Positions 58,990 through 64,000 of a stretch of DNA of 64,000 bases are shown here, piece by piece (the stretch's first letter is position 1; every line of letters starts with the position of its first letter). The position numbers and the translations under genes were made by a program. The notes beneath the pieces were generated by a model. It searched no databases. It was not told the DNA's origin and worked only from the letters and a program-made list of their open reading frames with translations. The DNA is taken from contig CAVXLD010000007.1 in assembly GCA_963762565.1 (NCBI GenBank), positions 480,001 to 544,000 on the forward strand, read 5' to 3'. Source of the DNA: an uncultured Verrucomicrobiae bacterium. GTDB lineage: Bacteria; Verrucomicrobiota; Verrucomicrobiia; Chthoniobacterales; JAFAMB01.

Positions 58990-60267
58990 TCATAGCGCCA
59001 ACTGACTCCAATACGTCACCTGGTCGCGATGATTGGCGATGAATCTCACCGCGCCGTCTTGAGAAACCACTACGGCAAGATATTCGGGGAAATCACGGCA
59101 GAGCCGATAGGCCGTGCGATGTCGGGTGCCGGCGTGTTCCGCCGATTCTGGAATTGTGACGCTGGCTTCAAGATCCATGGCCCGATAGACGATTTCGTTC
59201 TCAATTCCCGGAACTCGGATTTCTACTCCGTAAGCGAGAACCATAAATTGCGGATCTAATAGCAAACAGCCGTCGACAGCGGCCATGTCTGCTAACCAGC
59301 CGGCGATGTCCAGATAGCTAGACGAGAAGCTATAGGGAATCTCGTCGTTCCATTTTAGAAACTCGAGCCAGCCCACCGAGTCTACCTTTTTTTTCCGGGC
59401 GATCGCAGTGACGCGAGAGAACAAGCCATCCACTAGACTCAGGTAACCGGTGGACGATTCATCCACCTCTACCCGATATTTTGCGGTCAGCGCGCCGCCT
59501 GGCTCTAGTAACTGCTCTGAAAGTGGCCTCGGTCCGATCACCAACGTGCCTCCTAGCCGCCGATCCCGAATTATCCGAATCACCCGGCGAAAGAAGCTGA
59601 CATCGAGAATTTCTCGCAAATCCGAACGGAAAGTGACGCCGTCGGGTGGCTGGGCTGCAGGGCTCTTAACGCTATCGGGCGCAGAGGCCCTGAGATGGCG
59701 TTGCATCCAGTTTGTCGAAAAAACATTAAAAACGTGTTCTTCGATCCGACCATTCATCAGAGTCGCGAACCGCTCCGCTCCGAGGTGAACAACCAGATTT
59801 CCCGGAGCACGAACGTGAATGATCATCCATTCCGGGATTGGATGAATCATCCCGGGCAAATCGGCGTGCAGGTCCCGGGACCACTCACCGGTGTTGATCA
59901 TTGCCGAAATTTGAAAGCCGCGCCCTTCAGACCAAGTAACAGCGAGAACCGACCGATAGAAGGTCACCGACGGGCTTAGCCGGCGAATCTCCTGTTCGTC
60001 ATAGGGGCGAGCCCGGCTAAGGTTCAACACCCGGAATGAATACGGAGCGAGTACGCCTGGGTCGAGGTCCGTCTCCGGGCAAAGAGCGATCCGGCAGGTT
60101 ACCTGACGTCCTTCCTCGTGGAGCAAGCTCGCCTGGTAGGCGACACTGAGAACCCGGGCTAAAGCGTCCCGGGAATCGATGCCGAATCGATAATTCCCCT
60201 TTGCGACCCAAGTCGGCCAGAGTTGTCTGGCTAAGAGGTCCGGGTAGCTGTGGCTCCTAAGCTCCAT
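58990..60267 (-). CDS. DACNV-like sensor domain + DisA_N-type diadenylate cyclase domain protein
   Basis: AYQASL..EEGR, GG.LVI, AAVDGC, GTRHR, VVSQDG.V motifs. Confidence 0.75.
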   Translation of the reverse strand: MELRSHSYPDLLARQLWPTWVAKGNYRFGIDSRDALARVLSVAYQASLLHEEGRQVTCRIALCPETDLDPGVLAPYSFRVLNLSRARPYDEQEIRRLSPSVTFYRSVLAVTWSEGRGFQISAMINTGEWSRDLHADLPGMIHPIPEWMIIHVRAPGNLVVHLGAERFATLMNGRIEEHVFNVFSTNWMQRHLRASAPDSVKSPAAQPPDGVTFRSDLREILDVSFFRRVIRIIRDRRLGGTLVIGPRPLSEQLLEPGGALTAKYRVEVDESSTGYLSLVDGLFSRVTAIARKKKVDSVGWLEFLKWNDEIPYSFSSSYLDIAGWLADMAAVDGCLLLDPQFMVLAYGVEIRVPGIENEIVYRAMDLEASVTIPESAEHAGTRHRTAYRLCRDFPEYLAVVVSQDGAVRFIANHRDQVTYWSQLAL

Positions 60268-60453
60268 GGTAAAAACATGTGCCTCAAGTATTCGCTGCTG
60301 GCAAACTCGCCTGCGGCTCGTTTGCATGACAAATGACAAATGACAGATGACAGACTTCGGAACCTACGCACGGCGATTTTCGTCTGTTCTTCAATTTGTC
60401 ATCTGTCATGTGTCATTTGTCATTCGGAACGAGCCTCAGGCGAGTTCCGTCAC

Positions 60454-60480
60454 CTTTCACGCTTGTAATGTTCGGGCAAG
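60454..60480 (+). promoter_or_regulatory. Conserved motif upstream of htrA paralogue 1
   Basis: ctttcacgcttgtaatgttcgggcaag, near-identical to 62934-62960. Confidence 0.55.
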
Positions 60481-60525
60481 GGTCATGAAAACTGAGATCG
60501 TCCAGTCTGGTGCCAGATTCACACC

Positions 60526-62028
60526 ATGAACTCAAAAAAGAGAACTTCAGTATGGGTAACGGCGATTGCGGGAGCTGCTCTTCTCGCGGGCGGTACCGCG
60601 GCCTCCAGCGCTAGCCCGGGGAATGACAACGCCCAAAAACCACCTCTTTCTATTAAGACCGACAATGCGCCGATTGATCGAGATCCGAAACTCGGTAATT
60701 CGTTTGCGCCAATCGTCCAAAAGGTGATTACGAGCGTGGTGCAGGTCGATGTCACCGGCAAATCAAACAACGCGAGGATGTTAGGCAACTCCGATTTGCA
60801 GGACCAGTTGCGGCGGTTCTTCGGCCGCGGATTCCAAATCCCGGACCAGCCCGAGACGCCGAATCAGAAGGCTCTGGGCTCAGGTGTCATCATCTCTGCA
60901 GACGGTTATATCCTGACCAATAATCATGTGGTCGAAGACAGCAAAACCATTCAAGTCACGCTAAATGACGGGCGAAAATTTTCCGCCAAGGTGATCGGTA
61001 CTGATCCCGAGACGGATGTCGCTCTGGTAAAGATCGATGCGACTAATCTGGAACCGATAACCCTGGCCGACAGCGATTCCGCTCAGGTGGGTGACGTCGT
61101 TCTGGCTGTCGGGGACCCATTCGGAATCGGCACCACCGTCACGGAAGGAATTATCAGTGCGAAGAATCGTACGCGGGTTACCAATGCTGAGGCGGACGAA
61201 GACTTCATTCAGACCGATGCGGCGATCAATCCTGGTAATTCAGGGGGAGCCCTGGTTGATATCGAAGGCCGGCTGATCGGAATCAACACTTCCATCTTGT
61301 CGCGCTCCGGCGGCAACCAAGGTATCGGTTTTGCCGTTCCTTCTAATCTTTGCCGTTGGGTAGCGGACAGCTTGATCACAAAGGGCAAGGTCGAGCGCGG
61401 CTTTCTTGGCGTACATATTCAGACCCTGACGCCGGAACTAGCAAAAGCATTTAAGTCCAACCGAGTCAGTGGCGCCGTAGTTACTGACGTGACTCCGAAC
61501 GGTGCCGCCGAACAGGCTGGGGTAAAAAGCGGCGATGTGGTTTTTGAGTTCAATAATAAGCCGATCGAGTCTGCTGAACAGTTAAAGCTGCAAGTGGCTG
61601 AAACGGCGCCGGGTAGTTCCATCCCGGTCCAAGTCGATCGCAACGGCCAGGTGATGAACCTGAATATAACACTGAAAGAACTGACCGCGGATGCCTTGGC
61701 TAAGAATGAACCGAATGCGAGCCGGGGCGATCATGATGCATTGAGCGGTGTCGAGGTGGCTAACCTCGATCGAGATGTTCGCGACGAACTCAAAGTTCCG
61801 AACGCGGTGAGAGGTGCTGTCATCACACAGATTGAGCCGTCTTCTGCCGCGTATGAAGCAGGCCTGCGAGAAAACGACGTGATTCTTGAGATCAATCGGC
61901 AGCCGATTCAATCAACTGAGGACTTTACCAAGGCGACTGGAGGTAAGGGTGGTAATGGCGAGACCCTGGTAAAGGTCTGGAGCCAGAACGGAGTTCACTA
62001 CGTAGCCGTTCAGGAAGGCAACGGCTAA
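60526..62028 (+). CDS. htrA: HtrA/DegQ serine protease with two PDZ domains
   Basis: Signal peptide, TNNHV, TDVAL, NPGNSGG triad, two PDZ domains. Confidence 0.95.
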   Translation: MNSKKRTSVWVTAIAGAALLAGGTAASSASPGNDNAQKPPLSIKTDNAPIDRDPKLGNSFAPIVQKVITSVVQVDVTGKSNNARMLGNSDLQDQLRRFFGRGFQIPDQPETPNQKALGSGVIISADGYILTNNHVVEDSKTIQVTLNDGRKFSAKVIGTDPETDVALVKIDATNLEPITLADSDSAQVGDVVLAVGDPFGIGTTVTEGIISAKNRTRVTNAEADEDFIQTDAAINPGNSGGALVDIEGRLIGINTSILSRSGGNQGIGFAVPSNLCRWVADSLITKGKVERGFLGVHIQTLTPELAKAFKSNRVSGAVVTDVTPNGAAEQAGVKSGDVVFEFNNKPIESAEQLKLQVAETAPGSSIPVQVDRNGQVMNLNITLKELTADALAKNEPNASRGDHDALSGVEVANLDRDVRDELKVPNAVRGAVITQIEPSSAAYEAGLRENDVILEINRQPIQSTEDFTKATGGKGGNGETLVKVWSQNGVHYVAVQEGNG

Positions 62029-62056
62029 CCGAGAGTCAGAGTAGACCAAACTGAGG

Positions 62057-62087
62057 CCCGCACGGCGAAAGCCGTGCGGGTTTTTTT
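62057..62087 (+). terminator. Rho-independent terminator
   Basis: cccgcacggc-gaaa-gccgtgcggg-ttttttt. Confidence 0.9.
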
Positions 62088-62105
62088 GTGGGTGGGGTAG
62101 GAACG

Positions 62106-62883
62106 GTAGGGCGAAAATCTCGGCGCGCCCTGGATTGGCCATTCAAGTTAGGCGTATCCGCGCCGGATTTGAGCCGCGGCGTGCGGATGGCGTCTCCCAT
62201 GAATTCTGACGTTCCTAATCTGCCCGTTCTGAGATGACACGTGAATTCAAGGCCAGCAATGATAACGCTGAAACACTTCGCCTCGGTAGGGCCAATCCTC
62301 GATTCTGTCTACGAGTCCTGCTTTGACCGGGTTCTCATCCATGTAGGTTCGCTTCTCATTGTAATCCTCATAACAACGAATGCGGTGATGAAACGATCCT
62401 GCTTGCCAGCGCAATTCCGGGTCCTTCAAGATGCGTGCAACTCCGCGTTTCCAAACTGTTACCCAGTCGTCTAAGGGCAATGGCTGTTCTCCGGGCTCGG
62501 CGAAGAAGTGTACATGATTGGGCATAATCACGTACGGACTGACGATCCAGTGTGCGTGTCGGAGCCACGCCGCACGAAGAGCTGCATGGACTTGGGCATT
62601 TGCTAGCAATCGTTTTCGTCCCTTGGTGCAGACCGTGGTAAACACCAAAGTTGGGACCGAGTCTAATTCTAAGACCCCTCGAGCTGGGTGTTTTCGACGA
62701 TGATATAACACAAAGATATTATATGTTGTAACTGTTAGCAGCGTCAAAAGCAAATGAAGCCGCGGGCTTTTCCAAAAGGACCACGCCCTGGGCGAAACCA
62801 CCCGCACGGCGCGGCTCAAATCCGGCGCGGAACCAACGAAAAGGGCGTAGCACGTCCAGGGCGCGCCGAGATTTTCGCCCTAC
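62106..62883. mobile_element. RAYT cassette flanked by inverted GTAG REPs
   Basis: gtagggcgaaaatctcggcgcgcc ... ggcgcgccgagattttcgccctac around a tyrosine transposase. Confidence 0.85.
62247..62711 (-). CDS. REP-associated tyrosine transposase (RAYT, HUH Y1)
   Basis: FTTVCT..R, YVIMPNHVH (HUH), WQ..FHH.IR, YM.ENPVKAGL....DWPY. Confidence 0.9.
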   Translation of the reverse strand: MLYHRRKHPARGVLELDSVPTLVFTTVCTKGRKRLLANAQVHAALRAAWLRHAHWIVSPYVIMPNHVHFFAEPGEQPLPLDDWVTVWKRGVARILKDPELRWQAGSFHHRIRCYEDYNEKRTYMDENPVKAGLVDRIEDWPYRGEVFQRYHCWP

Positions 62884-62933
62884 CGGCCCCCTGCGCTCCA
62901 CCCGCTCCGGCGGCCGTTCTTAAAAATCCATCC

Positions 62934-62960
62934 CTTTCACGCTTGTAATGTTCAGGCAAG
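62934..62960 (+). promoter_or_regulatory. Conserved motif upstream of htrA paralogue 2
   Basis: ctttcacgcttgtaatgttcaggcaag. Confidence 0.55.
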
Positions 62961-63005
62961 CAGCTTGAAACCTGGGATGAGCAGAGTGAGAGACAGACAC
63001 AAACC

Positions 63006-64000
63006 ATGAAATCGAAAGATCGAAGTTTAGGGTGGATGATGGCGGTGGCGGGAGTTGGCATTCTCGCGAGCGGCACCGCTGTTTTCAGCGCTGTAACCGG
63101 CAACGACCAAAAGCCGCCGCTCAACCTGAAATACGACAATACAGCGATCAACCGGGACACGACGCCGGGACATTCCTTTGCCCCGATCGTCCAAAAGGTA
63201 ACGCCAAGTGTGGTGCAGGTGTATGTCACTACCAAGACGGGTACCGGAAATTTTGGGATGGGGAATCAGGATCTGCAGGATCAACTGCGCCGCTTCTTCG
63301 GACGGCAATTCCCGCAAATGCCGGAGCAACAAAGCCCCGGTGAGAAGGCGCTCGGGTCCGGTATCGTTATTTCGTCGGACGGATATATCTTGACCAACAA
63401 TCACGTCGTCCAGAATGCCCGCACGATTCAGGTCAAGTTGACCGATGGGCGGACATTCAGCGGTAAGGTAATCGGAACCGATCCGGAGACCGATGTGGCT
63501 TTGGTAAAGATTGACGCGGACAACCTCCAGCCGATCACGTTCGCGGATAGCGATCAGGCTCAGGTCGGCGACGTGGTGCTAGCTGTTGGTGATCCGTTCG
63601 GGATCGGTCAAACTGTTACCGAAGGCATTATCAGTGCGAAAAATCGGCAAGGTGTATCGGATGACAGCTCTTCCGATGAGTCCTTCATTCAGACCGATGC
63701 AGCCATCAATCCCGGTAATTCCGGTGGACCGTTGATCGACACGGATGGCCGGCTGGTAGGAATGAATACCGCAATCCTGTCGCGGTCAGGCGGTAACCAG
63801 GGAATCGGATTTGCCGTTCCTTCGGACCTCTGCCGTTGGGTAGCGGATAGCCTAATTAAGAACGGTAAAGTCGAGCGCGGTATGCTCGGAGTAGTGATTC
63901 AGAACCTGTCGCCTGAGCTTGCTAAAGCCATGAATAGTCACCGCACCAGTGGCGCTCTGGTCTCTGAGGTGACGCCTGGCACCCCCGCTGACAAAGCGGG
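63006..64000 (+). CDS. htrA: Second HtrA/DegQ protease, 3'-truncated by window edge
   Basis: ATG at 63006 (MKSKDRSLGWMMAVAG...), TNNHV, TDVAL, NPGNSGG; paralogous to 60526-62028. Confidence 0.92.
   Translation, partial: MKSKDRSLGWMMAVAGVGILASGTAVFSAVTGNDQKPPLNLKYDNTAINRDTTPGHSFAPIVQKVTPSVVQVYVTTKTGTGNFGMGNQDLQDQLRRFFGRQFPQMPEQQSPGEKALGSGIVISSDGYILTNNHVVQNARTIQVKLTDGRTFSGKVIGTDPETDVALVKIDADNLQPITFADSDQAQVGDVVLAVGDPFGIGQTVTEGIISAKNRQGVSDDSSSDESFIQTDAAINPGNSGGPLIDTDGRLVGMNTAILSRSGGNQGIGFAVPSDLCRWVADSLIKNGKVERGMLGVVIQNLSPELAKAMNSHRTSGALVSEVTPGTPADKA

Noticed and set aside
1..64000. tRNA, rRNA, prophage or integron
   Set aside because: No cloverleaf, rRNA signature, phage structural gene or integrase recognised by eye

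Overview
This is a bacterial chromosomal window. Gene and repeat style resemble soil Verrucomicrobia/PVC lineages, but that is inference. Housekeeping and metabolic genes: queF-queC-queE-queD, tag, a D-2-hydroxyacid dehydrogenase, GH15, ClC-CBS plus a PTS-IIA-like gene, tatD, yjbQ, terC, rlmN, an ECF sigma/anti-sigma pair, fdhD/MOSC, ggt, serine hydrolases, a sugar ABC/oxidoreductase cluster, LytS/LytTR, a probable 6S RNA, a DAC-domain protein and two htrA paralogues. The first stand-out is an 11.5-kb signalling locus (4303-15788). It holds two probably exported TPR-CHAT (caspase-like) proteases with intact His/Cys motifs, two paralogous membrane anti-sigma-like proteins (double HxxxCxxC zinc finger, TM, DUF928-like domain) and an enlarged ECF-like sigma factor, with a shared GTAAC...TTACA upstream motif. 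The second is a dense, nested system of intergenic inverted-repeat elements. A GxxExxY nuclease gene sits inside a CACAATACGGAAAG-type repeat that also occurs as about 7 empty copies. In three places a GxxExxY-type repeat (this family or a related one) comes with duplicated host flank. A RAYT tyrosine transposase has matching GTAG-REP non-autonomous copies. A 1.7-kb element without terminal inverted repeats or a visible DDE motif is inserted precisely into one repeat arm. Several pseudo-enzymes are also visible: a class A beta-lactamase fold lacking S70/K73, and an ArsC-like protein lacking all catalytic cysteines. No CRISPR array, rRNA or tRNA was recognised.
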